64,000 bases of DNA from Occultella glacieicola (GCF_004353825.1 NZ_SMNA01000007.1:62001-126000); one strand, 5' to 3'. Counted from the stretch's first letter, positions 47,790 through 57,438 are shown. Numbers and translations: made by a program. Notes: generated from the letters alone by a model not told the origin.

Positions 47790-47842
47790 GCCCGACGGCG
47801 CAGGTGAGCCCTCGTACGGGGCTCACCGTGCGCCGTCGGGCG
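47790..47842. repeat. Palindromic element, copy B
   Basis: GCCCGACGGCGCAGGTGAGCCCTCGTACGGGGCTCACCGTGCGCCGTCGGGCG, homologous to 41335-41388. Confidence 0.75.
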
Positions 47843-47889
47843 CGTTTGGCCTCGCGGTGGCCCGATGGGCCACAATGGACCGCGCACCG

Positions 47890-47975
47890 GGAGGGTTGAC
47901 AGAGCGGCCGAATGTGACGGTCTTGAAAACCGTTGTGCGAAAGCACCAAGGGTTCGAATCCCTTACCCTCCGCCA
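47890..47975 (+). tRNA. tRNA-Ser(TGA)
   Basis: Acceptor GGAGGGT/ACCCTCC-G-CCA, anticodon arm ACGGT-CTTGAAA-ACCGT, long variable arm, GGTTCGAATCC T-loop. Confidence 0.96.
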
Positions 47976-48130
47976 GCGGGAACCCGGGGACCCGCAGGAT
48001 CCGCCTGCTCCTGGTACCGAGCGCCGGATCCCGAATCTCCTCGGTTGCTCGATGGCCGTGGCTCTCGCGTCGCGTCCCTCGATGACGCGTCCTAGGGTGG
48101 GAGGCCGCAGGCCATCGAGGAGGCAGCACC

Positions 48131-48901
48131 ATGCAGGACAAGGTCGCGCTCATCACCGGAGCAGGTTCGGGTATCGGCGAGGCGTCGGCGCGGCTGATGG
48201 CGGCGCGTGGGGCGCGGGTGTGCCTGATGGGGCGCACGGAGTCCGAGCTCGAGGAGGTTGCCGAGGGCATTCGGGCCGAGGGCGGCGAGGCACTCATCGC
48301 CGTCGCCGACATCAGCGAGGAAGCCGCCGTCGGTGCCGCGGTGCAGGCGACGGTCGACCGTTTCGGCCGGCTCGACGTCGTGGTCGCGAACGCGGGGGTG
48401 AACGGCACCTGGGCGGGCATCGAGGACCTGAGCGTCGAGGACTTCCGGTCGACGCTCGACATCAATCTCACCGGCACGTTCATCACGATCAAGGCGGCGG
48501 TGCCGCACCTGGGCCGTGGCGGCTCGGTGGTCGTGACGTCGTCGGTCAACGGCAGCCGGATCTTCTCGAACTCCGGGGCGAGCGCCTACTCGGCATCGAA
48601 GGCCGGCCAGATCGCACTGACGAAGATGCTTGCGGTCGAGCTCGGGCCGCGCGGGATCCGGGTCAACGTCATCTGTCCCGGTGCCATCGACACCGAGATC
48701 GACGACAACACCGACCACCAGAACGAGGATGTCGGCATCCCGGTCGAGTTCCCGAAGGGCCAGATCCCGTTGACCGGCTCGACTCCGGGATCCTCGGAGC
48801 AGGTCGCCGAGCTCGTCGCCTTCCTCGGCTCCGACGCCGCGAGCCACATCAGCGGCACCGAGGTCTGGATCGACGGCGCCCAGTCGCTGCTGCAGGGCTG
48901 A
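48131..48901 (+). CDS. SDR family oxidoreductase
   Basis: ITGAGSGIG, ANAG, YSASK, NVICPGAI. Confidence 0.93.
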   Translation: MQDKVALITGAGSGIGEASARLMAARGARVCLMGRTESELEEVAEGIRAEGGEALIAVADISEEAAVGAAVQATVDRFGRLDVVVANAGVNGTWAGIEDLSVEDFRSTLDINLTGTFITIKAAVPHLGRGGSVVVTSSVNGSRIFSNSGASAYSASKAGQIALTKMLAVELGPRGIRVNVICPGAIDTEIDDNTDHQNEDVGIPVEFPKGQIPLTGSTPGSSEQVAELVAFLGSDAASHISGTEVWIDGAQSLLQG

Positions 48902-48921
48902 GTCCCGGGCCGATCGACCCC

Positions 48922-49542
48922 TCAGGCGGGCTCCTTCTCGATGCGGTACGTGAAGTACCCGCCGTAGCCGTAGACGCGCCCCAGGATGGGCAGGTCGACC
49001 GTCAGGTCCACCCGCTGCTGGGCGCGGGCGTCGTCGTAACTCTCGTGCAGCCGAATCGTCGGGCGGATCCGACGGGGGATCCGGACCCTGAGCCACCCGT
49101 ACCGGAGCCCGACCGTTCGGCTCGTCAGCACCAGGGCGCCGGCGACGGTGCTGACGTCGAAGGTGGCGGCCACGGTCGCCGGGGTGCCCAGGCGATCCGC
49201 CACGCCGCCGCCGGGTGCGCACACCACCTCGTCGGTCATGGTCCAGGTGCGCCCGGGCAACTGGAACTCCCGGGTGGCCACGGCCCGGCCGTCGATCGTC
49301 CGGTTCTGGATCCGGAACGGGACCTGGCGCGCCCACCCGGCGAACACGACGTGCCGCCGTTCCAGCACGCGGATCACCGGCCAGAGCCAGCGGTGCGGGG
49401 TCCCGGCGCGGGTGAAGGCACCCTCGCCGACGCCGACGTGGCTGGGCGGGATGGTCGTGAAGTACCGCTGCAGTCGCGGATGCAACTCGGACAACCGGCC
49501 CCCGAGGACTACCTCGTAGGGCGATCGGTGCGGGGTGGCCAC
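48922..49542 (-). CDS. DUF4166-like protein
   Basis: SPYEVVLG...LHPRLQRYF...GEGAF...VPFRIQN...YGYGGYF (recognised from memory). TAGGAT-N7-GTG start. Confidence 0.7.
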   Translation of the reverse strand: MATPHRSPYEVVLGGRLSELHPRLQRYFTTIPPSHVGVGEGAFTRAGTPHRWLWPVIRVLERRHVVFAGWARQVPFRIQNRTIDGRAVATREFQLPGRTWTMTDEVVCAPGGGVADRLGTPATVAATFDVSTVAGALVLTSRTVGLRYGWLRVRIPRRIRPTIRLHESYDDARAQQRVDLTVDLPILGRVYGYGGYFTYRIEKEPA

Positions 49543-49671
49543 CCGCTCGATCCTAGGGTGACATGACGCCCGGACGTCCAGGGTCGGCCCGTCCTGCGGG
49601 TGCCCCGCCGCCCGGGCCGGCCGTTTTGGCCCAGTCCGCGCCGGGCAGGTACGCTGTCCCGTGTTGTTCTA

Positions 49672-49760
49672 GGAGACGTCGCATAGTCTGGTCTAGTGCG
49701 CATCCCTGCTAAGGATGTGACGGGGCAACCCGTCCGTGGGTTCAAATCCCACCGTCTCCG
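49672..49760 (+). tRNA. tRNA-Ser(GCT)
   Basis: Acceptor GGAGACG/CGTCTCC-G, anticodon arm CATCC-CTGCTAA-GGATG, long variable arm, GGTTCAAATCC. CCA is not encoded. Confidence 0.96.
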
Positions 49761-49766
49761 CTCCGA

Positions 49767-49793
49767 GGCCCCGATTCCTCTGGGAGTCGGGGC
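49767..49793 (+). terminator. Hairpin downstream of tRNA-Ser(GCT)
   Basis: GCCCCGATTCC-TCTG-GGAGTCGGGGC. Confidence 0.6.
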
Positions 49794-49930
49794 ATTCCGT
49801 TGAGATCCTCGGGCCACCGGCGGTCCGCTCGAACTTGTCGCACGCACTGATCCCGGCGCGGCATCGAAGCCGCATCCTCGGATGGTGAACCCGATGTGGC
49901 CGCCGAGCCATCCCCAGGCGGCGCACCTAG

Positions 49931-49993
49931 TGCAGCCATAGGGTTGCATGTCGTCGGAACCTCTGGCACAGTAGTTGCAACCGCAGAGTTGCA
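49931..49993. promoter_or_regulatory. Two 7-4-7 inverted-repeat operators (putative ArsR sites)
   Basis: TGCAGCC-ATAG-GGTTGCA (49931-49948) and TGCAACC-GCAG-AGTTGCA (49976-49993). Confidence 0.65.
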
Positions 49994-50009
49994 AAAGACA
50001 GAGGTTCTG

Positions 50010-51230
50010 ATGTCCGGTCAAGGGCGCCGTACACGAGTGGCCCTGGTCCTGGGCGTGCTGTTCGCGGGCACGCTGGTGATGGGCAGCGCCGAGGTGCTCG
50101 TGATGGGCATGCTCGATCTGATGTCCGCGGACCTGGACGTGCCGGTCTCGGCGGTGGGTGCGCTGGTCTCGGCCAATGCGCTCGGGATCGCGATCGGCGG
50201 GCCGCTGCTGACCTTCGTCACCGCCCGGGCCGACCGGCGGCGAGTGCTGCTGGCCGCCATGGCGGTGTTCACCGGGCTGAATCTGCTGCCCGTCCTCGGC
50301 GCGGGTCTGGAGTCGTTCGTCGCCGCCCGGGTGATGATCGGTGCCGTGGAGGGGCTGTTCATCGCCGCGTCCATCACCACGGCGACCTCGATCGTGCCCC
50401 CTGCGCGAGCGGGTCGCGCGATGGCGGTGGTGATCTCCGGGTTCGCCGTCTCCGGCGCGGTGGGGATGCCACTGGGTCGACTCCTCGGCGAAGCCCTCGG
50501 TTGGCGCTGGTCGTTCCTCGCCGTCGTCCTGGCCGGCGCCGGCGTGCTCCTGGTCGCTCTCCTGGTGGTGCCGCGGACTCCGACCGGCGGCGGGGCGGGG
50601 ATGCTCGGCCAGGTGCGGTCCGCGTTCGCTCCGAGGGTGCTGGCGGTGCTCGCTGTCGGCGTGCTGCTGTTCGCCGGGGTCCAGGCGGCCCTGACCTACC
50701 TCGTTCCGTTCCTGAATGGCGTGGCGGGCGTCTTCGGCCACTGGGTCGGCCTGTGCCTGATGGGGTTCGGGGTCGCGGCCGCGGTCGGATCATTCGGTGG
50801 CGGCTGGTTCGCCGACGCCGGCGCCGCCCGCGCCCTCATCATCGGCGCGATCGGCGTGGCAGCATCGCTCGTCGCGATGCTCCTGTGGGGTTCGACCCCG
50901 GCCGTCGCGGTCCTCGCCGTCCTCGCGGTCGGGCTCTGCGCGGCGGGCATCACGACGCCCTGGCAGCACCGCGTGGAGCATCTGGCGGGCCCGGGTGTCG
51001 TCCTCGCCGCCTCGCTGCCCGCGTCTGCCGGCAACCTCGGCGACGCCATCGGCGCGTTCGCAGGGGGACGAGCGATCGACGCCGGCGGGCTTCCGGCAGC
51101 GCTCCTCACGGCCGCCGTCCTCGCCGCGATCGCCGTCGCGGTCGCGGTCGCAAGTCGCTCGATCCGCCCGGCGGCCTCAGTCCGGCCCGCACCGGAACCG
51201 GCACCCGAACCACTGACCGCTGTCCACTGA
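50010..51230 (+). CDS. MFS transporter (DHA1/AraJ-like)
   Basis: GSAEVLVMGML, DRRRVLL, AARV, VGMPLG..LG..LGWRWSF; about 12 TM. Confidence 0.9.
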   Translation: MSGQGRRTRVALVLGVLFAGTLVMGSAEVLVMGMLDLMSADLDVPVSAVGALVSANALGIAIGGPLLTFVTARADRRRVLLAAMAVFTGLNLLPVLGAGLESFVAARVMIGAVEGLFIAASITTATSIVPPARAGRAMAVVISGFAVSGAVGMPLGRLLGEALGWRWSFLAVVLAGAGVLLVALLVVPRTPTGGGAGMLGQVRSAFAPRVLAVLAVGVLLFAGVQAALTYLVPFLNGVAGVFGHWVGLCLMGFGVAAAVGSFGGGWFADAGAARALIIGAIGVAASLVAMLLWGSTPAVAVLAVLAVGLCAAGITTPWQHRVEHLAGPGVVLAASLPASAGNLGDAIGAFAGGRAIDAGGLPAALLTAAVLAAIAVAVAVASRSIRPAASVRPAPEPAPEPLTAVH

Positions 51231-51255
51231 GCATTACCGAGAGAGAGGAAAAGTC

Positions 51256-51729
51256 ATGGAGAACACCCAGAACCCGCCAGCGGTGATCGACGCTGACGCC
51301 TTCAGTGTGCGCCGCACGATCCGCATCAACGCACCCCGTGAGAAGGTCTGGCGCACCGTCACCGAACCCGACCTGGTCTCCCAGTGGTTCGGAGAGTTGG
51401 TCCTCACCGGCACCGGGGTGGGCGCGCACGGCACGATCGGCTGGCCCGACCAGCCCGACGTCCCCATCCGTGTCGATACCTTCGAGCCGCCGTCGATGGT
51501 GTCCTACCGCTGGTGCAATGAGGAGGGCCCGCCGCTCGACGCCGTGGACGAGGAGCGCTCAACGGTCTTCACGTTCACCCTCGAGGAGACACCCGACGGC
51601 ACCCTGCTCACCGTGGTCGAGACCGGGTTCGACAACACCGGTGACCCGGCGGTGAACATGGCCAGCCACCGGGACGGCTGGGACGGCGAGCTGGACAAGC
51701 TCGTGGCCCTGCTCGAGCGCGGCTCATGA
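51256..51729 (+). CDS. SRPBCC/AHSA1 domain protein
   Basis: RTIRINAPREKVWRTVTEP...WF, FTLEETPDGTLLTVVETGF, GWDGELDKL. Confidence 0.9.
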   Translation: MENTQNPPAVIDADAFSVRRTIRINAPREKVWRTVTEPDLVSQWFGELVLTGTGVGAHGTIGWPDQPDVPIRVDTFEPPSMVSYRWCNEEGPPLDAVDEERSTVFTFTLEETPDGTLLTVVETGFDNTGDPAVNMASHRDGWDGELDKLVALLERGS

Positions 51730-52058
51730 GAGCCGGCACCGCGGTGTCCGGGCAGGTGGTGGCCATGTGCAGCGCACTCGGCGACGAGACCAGGTGGAGC
51801 ATCCTGACCGCCCTCGGCGAGGGCGACGCCTCCGCGTCCGCGCTCGCCCGCCGTCTGCCCGTCACTCGGCAGGCGATCGCCAAGCACCTAGCCGTCCTGC
51901 ACGAGGTCGGCCTGGTCGACACCGTCAAGGCCGGGCGCGAGGTGCAGTACCGGGTCATCGGCACCGAACTCAGTGCCACGGCCCGCCGCCTCGACGCCAT
52001 CGGCACCGAATGGGACCGCCGCCTGGCAGCCCTCAAGCACGTCGCCGAAAGCCTCTGA
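51726..52058 (+). CDS. ArsR/SmtB family regulator
   Basis: ALGDETRWSIL, LPVTRQAIAKHLAVL..VGLV, GREVQY, WDRRLAALK. Confidence 0.92.
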   Translation: MRAGTAVSGQVVAMCSALGDETRWSILTALGEGDASASALARRLPVTRQAIAKHLAVLHEVGLVDTVKAGREVQYRVIGTELSATARRLDAIGTEWDRRLAALKHVAESL

Positions 52059-52065
52059 GGCACTC

Positions 52066-52123
52066 GCGGCGCGGTCGCGGCGGGGTCGGTTGGCGATCGA
52101 CCGCCGCCGCGGGCCGCGCCGCC
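52066..52123 (+). terminator. Long GC hairpin after arsR
   Basis: GCGGCGCGG..GCGGCGG.GGTCG / CGACC.CCGCCGC..CCGCGCCGC. Confidence 0.5.
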
Positions 52124-52255
52124 TGGCAGGTCCGTAGTGAATGCGTACTCGTCGGGAGCGAATTAATCGCACGCGCTTGACAAACGGGATCGTCGGCTGC
52201 GAACCTCCTCTGGTCAGTCACCACAGAAGGAGCTGAGAGTGGCCGAATCAAGAAC

Positions 52256-53338
52256 ATGGACGTTCTCCCGTCGCCAGTTGCCCGTACGGACCCCGCGCCT
52301 CGACGGCGTCGCACTCCCCGCAGTGGCGGGTCCGCAGTCGCGGGTCGTCCGCTCGTGACGACGACCGTCGAACGCCCCAGCAAGACTGCGTCGAAGTCGA
52401 CCGCCGGAAAGTCGAAGGAGCGCCGCCGCACGCCGTTCTGGCGTCGGGTCGTGCGGGACCGCACCGTACTGCTGCTCGCGCTGCCGGGCATGGCGGTCAT
52501 CGTCGTGTTCCAGTACGTCGCCCTCGGGGGCAACGTGATCGCGTTCCAGGACTTCCAGCCCTACCTCGGCATCGGCCGCTCGCTATGGGTGGGCTTCGAG
52601 AACTTCTCGATCCTCTTCAACGGTGACCCGGAGTTCCTGCAGGCACTGCGGAACACGCTCGTGATCACCGCGTTGCAGACGGTCTTCGTGTTCCCGGCAC
52701 CGATCGTGCTGGCGCTGCTGCTCAACAGCCTGGTCTCGAACCGGGTGAAGCAGGCCGTGCAGTCCGTGCTGTACCTGCCGCACTTCCTCTCCTGGGTCAT
52801 CGTGGTGGCGATCTTCCAGCAGATGCTCGGTGGTGCCGGTCTGCTCAACAACTGGCTCCGGTCGCGCGGCCTGGAGACCATCGACATCATCGGCAACCCG
52901 GACACCTTCTACGCGCTCATCACCTCCCAGGTCATCTGGAAGGACACCGGCTGGGCGACGATCCTCTTCCTCGCGGTGCTCTCGCAGATCGACCGATCGC
53001 TCTACGAGGCCTCCGCGATGGACGGCGCCACTCGCATGCGGCAGATCTGGCACGTGACCCTGCCGGCCATGCGGCCGATCATCATCCTGCTGTTCATTCT
53101 CAAGCTGGGTGACTCACTGTCGGTCGGCTTCGAGCAACTCATCCTGCAGCAACAGGCGGTCGGACTGGGCGTCGCCCAGGTCCTCGACACCTACGTGTAC
53201 AACAACGGCATCCTCGGCGGCGCCTGGGGAGTCTCCGCCGCCGTCGGGCTGGTGAAGGGCCTGGTGGGCCTGGTGCTCGTGCTGGTGGCGAACAAGGTCG
53301 CCCATATCTTCGGCGAAGAAGGGGTGTACCGGGCATGA
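52256..53338 (+). CDS. ABC permease (LplB-type, oligosaccharide)
   Basis: WVGFENF, YLPHFLSWVIV, WKDTGW, LYEASAMDGA. TTGACA at 52177 upstream. The exact start is uncertain. Confidence 0.9.
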   Translation: MDVLPSPVARTDPAPRRRRTPRSGGSAVAGRPLVTTTVERPSKTASKSTAGKSKERRRTPFWRRVVRDRTVLLLALPGMAVIVVFQYVALGGNVIAFQDFQPYLGIGRSLWVGFENFSILFNGDPEFLQALRNTLVITALQTVFVFPAPIVLALLLNSLVSNRVKQAVQSVLYLPHFLSWVIVVAIFQQMLGGAGLLNNWLRSRGLETIDIIGNPDTFYALITSQVIWKDTGWATILFLAVLSQIDRSLYEASAMDGATRMRQIWHVTLPAMRPIIILLFILKLGDSLSVGFEQLILQQQAVGLGVAQVLDTYVYNNGILGGAWGVSAAVGLVKGLVGLVLVLVANKVAHIFGEEGVYRA

Positions 53339-54285
53339 CCGCGACTCAGACCGGCTCGGCCGAGATCCGACCGGACCACACCCCTCGGCGGCGGCGCCGA
53401 GCCCCCCTGATCGACGGCGTCCCCCGTCCCGGCCCCGTCGAGAGCATCATCAAGGCGATCGTGCTCGGGGTCGCCTGCCTGCTCGTGGTGCTGCCCTTCC
53501 TCGGCATCCTCTCGACATCGCTGGCGACCCCCGAACAGGTCATCCGGGCCGGTGGGTTCGTGCTCTTCCCCGAGGGCATCGACCTCACGGCCTACCGCTC
53601 GGTCTTCGCCGGCGGCGCGGTCACCCGAGCCCTGCTCGTCAGCGTGTTCGTGACCGGGGTGGGCACGCTGATCAGCCTCACCCTGACGGCCATGCTCGGG
53701 TGGGCGCTCAGCCGACGCGGCAGCATCGCCAACCGGCAGTTGCTGATGCTGGTCCTGGTGAGCCTGCTGTTCAGCCCCGGCATGATCCCCAGCTATCTGG
53801 TCGTCCAACGGCTCGGCCTGCTCGACAGTCTGTGGGCACTGATCATCCCGACGGCGGTCTCGGCCTTCAACGTCATCGTGGTCCGGGCCTTCTTCGTGGG
53901 ACTGCCACAGGAGGTCATGGACAGCGCTCGCATCGATGGCGCGGGGGAGTGGCAGACCTTCCGCTACATGGGTCTGCCGTTGGCCAAACCCGTGCTGGCA
54001 GTCGTGGGACTCTTCTACGGCGTCGGCTACTGGAACGCGTTCTTCAACGCCCTGCTGTACATCTCCGACGCCGCGAAGTGGCCGCTGCAACTGGTGCTGC
54101 GTACCTATGTGGTGGACGGCAACCAGATCGGCGCGCAGGACCTCGGCACGGAAGCGGCGCTGCCGCCGCAGACGTCGCTCCAGATGGCGATCCTCGTCAT
54201 CTCGATCGTGCCGGTGCTGATCGTCTACCCGTTCCTGCAGCGGCACTTCGCCAAAGGCATGCTCACCGGCGCCGTCAAGGGCTGA
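53335..54285 (+). CDS. ABC permease (LplC-type)
   Basis: FSPGMIPSY, DSARIDGA, FYGVGYWN, YPFLQRHFAKGMLTGAVKG. Confidence 0.93.
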   Translation: MTATQTGSAEIRPDHTPRRRRRAPLIDGVPRPGPVESIIKAIVLGVACLLVVLPFLGILSTSLATPEQVIRAGGFVLFPEGIDLTAYRSVFAGGAVTRALLVSVFVTGVGTLISLTLTAMLGWALSRRGSIANRQLLMLVLVSLLFSPGMIPSYLVVQRLGLLDSLWALIIPTAVSAFNVIVVRAFFVGLPQEVMDSARIDGAGEWQTFRYMGLPLAKPVLAVVGLFYGVGYWNAFFNALLYISDAAKWPLQLVLRTYVVDGNQIGAQDLGTEAALPPQTSLQMAILVISIVPVLIVYPFLQRHFAKGMLTGAVKG

Positions 54286-54344
54286 CCGGCACCCGAACAC
54301 CCCACCGGCCGCTCCGCGGCCACGACTCGATGAGGAGCACACCC

Positions 54345-55970
54345 ATGTCTCACCCCCTGATCGCCCGACGCCGTCTACTGCAGGGTTCGCTCGGCGTGGG
54401 CGCCCTGGCCGCGCTCGGCCTCGCTGGCTGCAGCAACGAGGGCCGCGGCGACACCGGCTCGCAGGCCGAGAACGACGCCGTCGAACTTCCTGCCTACATC
54501 CCGTACGAGGGGTTCGTGCCCGACCTCAAGGGCGAGAACGGCGTCAGCGACACCGTGCTGCAGTACCCGATGAACCCCGTCGCCGCGACGGCAGGGCCGC
54601 CCGGAGACGGAGCGGACGTCGGGGTCTTCGCCCTGACCAACGCGCCGGTACCACCGCCGATGAGCCAGAACGTGTTCTGGCAGGAGCTCAACGACCGGCT
54701 CGGCTTCACCCTGTCGGTGGCGCTGGTGCCGAGCGGTGACTTCACCGAACGATTCCAGACGACCGTCGCCGGCGACCAGCTCCCGGATCTCTTCACGTAC
54801 TTCCCCGGCGGAGTCCCGGGGCTCCCGGCATTGCTGCGTGAACGAGCGGCCGACCTCACCGACCTGCTCAGCGGCGACGCCGTGCAGGACTACCCCTTCC
54901 TCGCCAACATCCCGACCGAGAGCTGGCGGGCCGCCGTCTACGGCGGCCGCATCTACGGTGTCCCGATCGCACGCGGCGCCCAGAGCAGCCCGGCGCTCTA
55001 CCGCCGTGACGACGTGCTCGCAGCCCAGGGCATCGACGGCGACGTCCAGAGTTGGGACGACCTGCTGGCGATCTTCCGTGAGCTGACGGGCGGGAACACC
55101 TGGGCGCTCTCCAACGTCCCGATGCAACTCATCCGTCAGGCGCATGGGATCGCGAACGCCTGGGAGGTCGGTGCCGACGGCGGGCTCGTGAGCGTGAACG
55201 AGGACGAGCGGCAACTGGAAGCGCTGGAGCAGGGCCGCCGTCTCGTCGCCGACGGACTCGTGCACCCGGACACCACGACCTCCGACAACCAACAGCGCCA
55301 GGCCTGGGTCGTCGGTGGCACGACGATGTTCTTCGAGGGCACGTTCGCGGCCTGGCCGAACCTGGCCAACCTGCCGACCGCGGGCGACATGCGGCTCGGC
55401 GTCGTGGTGCCCCCGGCGATCGAGGGTGGTGGGGTCGCGGACGTCTGGCTCGGGCCGCCGACGCACAACCTGACCGGCATCAGCATCGACTCGACGGATC
55501 GGGCCGCCGCCCTGCTCGACGTCCTCAACTACCTGGCCGCACCGTTCGGGAGCGCGGAGCACATCTTCAAGAACTACGGCCTCGAGGGCGTGCACCACAA
55601 CCTCGTCGATGGCGACCCGGTGCTCACCGACAAGGGGCAGAGCGAGACGCAGCTCGGCCTCAAGTACATCGGCGAGGGTCCGTGGGTGAACTACGTGCCG
55701 GGGAAGCCCGACGTGGCGCAGGCACAGTTCGACGCCCAGTCCGCCGTGGTCCCGACCGCGATCCCGAACCCGGCATCGACCCTGTTCAGCGAGACCCAGT
55801 CCCGCAAGGGGTCCCAGATCGGCAGCGCGCTCGGCAGCGTGGAGACCGACATCCTGCAGGGCCGTGAGCCGGTCTCGGCGTGGACCGAAGCCGTGGAGCG
55901 CTGGAAGCGCGACGGCGGCGACCAGATCCGCGACGAACTGTCCGAGGCCTACGCGGAGAGCGAAGGCTGA
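54345..55970 (+). CDS. ABC substrate-binding lipoprotein (LplA-type) with Tat signal
   Basis: ARRRLLQ, lipobox LAGC, YGLEGVH, WKRDGGDQIR. GAGGAG RBS before ATG 54345. Confidence 0.88.
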   Translation: MSHPLIARRRLLQGSLGVGALAALGLAGCSNEGRGDTGSQAENDAVELPAYIPYEGFVPDLKGENGVSDTVLQYPMNPVAATAGPPGDGADVGVFALTNAPVPPPMSQNVFWQELNDRLGFTLSVALVPSGDFTERFQTTVAGDQLPDLFTYFPGGVPGLPALLRERAADLTDLLSGDAVQDYPFLANIPTESWRAAVYGGRIYGVPIARGAQSSPALYRRDDVLAAQGIDGDVQSWDDLLAIFRELTGGNTWALSNVPMQLIRQAHGIANAWEVGADGGLVSVNEDERQLEALEQGRRLVADGLVHPDTTTSDNQQRQAWVVGGTTMFFEGTFAAWPNLANLPTAGDMRLGVVVPPAIEGGGVADVWLGPPTHNLTGISIDSTDRAAALLDVLNYLAAPFGSAEHIFKNYGLEGVHHNLVDGDPVLTDKGQSETQLGLKYIGEGPWVNYVPGKPDVAQAQFDAQSAVVPTAIPNPASTLFSETQSRKGSQIGSALGSVETDILQGREPVSAWTEAVERWKRDGGDQIRDELSEAYAESEG

Positions 55971-56142
55971 CCGCACCGATCGAGCCCCGTTCACCCGAGC
56001 GGGCCACACGCCAACCGAACGATGCCGACGTACCCGACCCCCGCCGTCTCCGGCGTAGCCCCACGAGAGAAGAGAACGTGACACGACACGAGACGACGGC
56101 GCACCGCCGTCAGCCCATGCCAGCTCGCACCACGCGGGTCCG

Positions 56143-57438
56143 GTGACCGTAGGGATGCGCCGACCGAACGTCGTCGTCGTGCACTGGCACGACCTCGGAA
56201 CACACCTGCGGGCCTACGGGTTCGACGTGGACACGCCGCACACCGACGCACTCGCGGAGCAGTCGACCGTGTTCGAACGGTGCTTCAGCACCAGCCCGCT
56301 GTGCAGCCCCGCGCGTGGAGCACTGTGGACCGGCCGCTACCCGCACAGCAACGGCCTCCAGGGGCTGACGCACCGGGGCTGGGAGTACGGAGAGGCGGAG
56401 CGCCCGTTGCCGATGCACCTCGGCGACGCCGGGTACCGCACGGTGCTCGTCGGCCTCCAGCACGAGGCGCGTGACCGAGAGCGCCTGGGCTTCGACGAGC
56501 ACCCGACGTGCGCGAGCAACCATGCCGGCGACGTCTCCGAGGCCGCCGCCCGGTGGCTCGACGCACGCGGGGACGAGGGTGACCCCTTCCTGATGGTCTG
56601 CGGCATGCTCGAGGTGCACCGCGACTGGCCGGCCGAGCGGTATCCGCCCGACCCGCCGGACGCCGTCGACGTCCCCTCGTACCTGCCCGACAACGAGCAC
56701 ACGCGTGCGGACATCGCCGCGTTCGGCGGTGCGATCACCGTCGCGGACCGGGGGCTCGGAGTCATCCTGGAGGCACTTCGGCGCAACGGGCTCGACGACG
56801 ACACGATCGTCGTGTTCACCACCGATCACGGCGCACCGTTCCCCGGTGCGAAGAGCACCCTCTATGACCCGGGCGTGCACGTGGCGCTCGTGGTGCGGAT
56901 GCCACCGCGGCTCGGCCCCGCCGGGCCGAGACGGGAACCGGGACTGGTCAGCCACGTCGACCTGGTGCCGACCCTGCTCGAACTGCTGGGGATCGCGGTG
57001 CCGGACGACGTGCAGGGCGTGAGCTTCGCGGCGACCCTGCGCGACGGCGTCGCGCCGACCCGTCGTGAGGTGTACCTCGAGAAGACCTACCACGCCGATT
57101 ACGACCCGATCCGGGCCATCCGCACCGACTCGCACAAGTACATCCACAACTACGAGCCGCGCCCGCTCCTGGCCCTGCCGCCGGACCTGGAGGCCTCCAC
57201 CACCCGCCGGGGAATGGGTGACGCGCACCTGGCTCCGCGGCCACCGGAGGAGCTGTACGACCTCGTGACCGACCCCGGGGAGAAGACCAACCTCGTCAAC
57301 GACGCCCGCGCGGCCGAGACGGCCGGCGAACTCCGCGAGCGTCTGGCATCGTTCATGATCGCGACGGACGATGCCCTGCGCCACGGCCCGGTGCCGATAC
57401 CGGGCAGCGACGTGCCCGCACTGGTGGCCGACCGATGA
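56143..57438 (+). CDS. Sulfatase, N-sulfoglucosamine sulfohydrolase (sulfamidase)-like
   Basis: CSPARGALWTGRYPHSNG, FTTDHGAPFPGAKSTLYDPG, EELYDLVTDPGEKTNL. Start at 56143 (GTG) or 56155 (ATG). Confidence 0.88.
   Translation: MTVGMRRPNVVVVHWHDLGTHLRAYGFDVDTPHTDALAEQSTVFERCFSTSPLCSPARGALWTGRYPHSNGLQGLTHRGWEYGEAERPLPMHLGDAGYRTVLVGLQHEARDRERLGFDEHPTCASNHAGDVSEAAARWLDARGDEGDPFLMVCGMLEVHRDWPAERYPPDPPDAVDVPSYLPDNEHTRADIAAFGGAITVADRGLGVILEALRRNGLDDDTIVVFTTDHGAPFPGAKSTLYDPGVHVALVVRMPPRLGPAGPRREPGLVSHVDLVPTLLELLGIAVPDDVQGVSFAATLRDGVAPTRREVYLEKTYHADYDPIRAIRTDSHKYIHNYEPRPLLALPPDLEASTTRRGMGDAHLAPRPPEELYDLVTDPGEKTNLVNDARAAETAGELRERLASFMIATDDALRHGPVPIPGSDVPALVADR

Noticed and set aside
47890..47975. tRNA with TGA in the anticodon loop as a selenocysteine/suppressor tRNA
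   Set aside because: Anticodon UGA reads UCA (Ser). tRNA-Sec has anticodon UCA and a longer acceptor stem.
47976..49671. SDR + DUF4166 between two tRNA-Ser genes as an integrative element
   Set aside because: No integrase, and no att-like duplication of either tRNA 3' end was found
1..55970. No ATPase gene in the four sugar ABC clusters
   Set aside because: Normal for Actinobacteria, which share an MsiK-type ATPase; the first cluster is also truncated by the window
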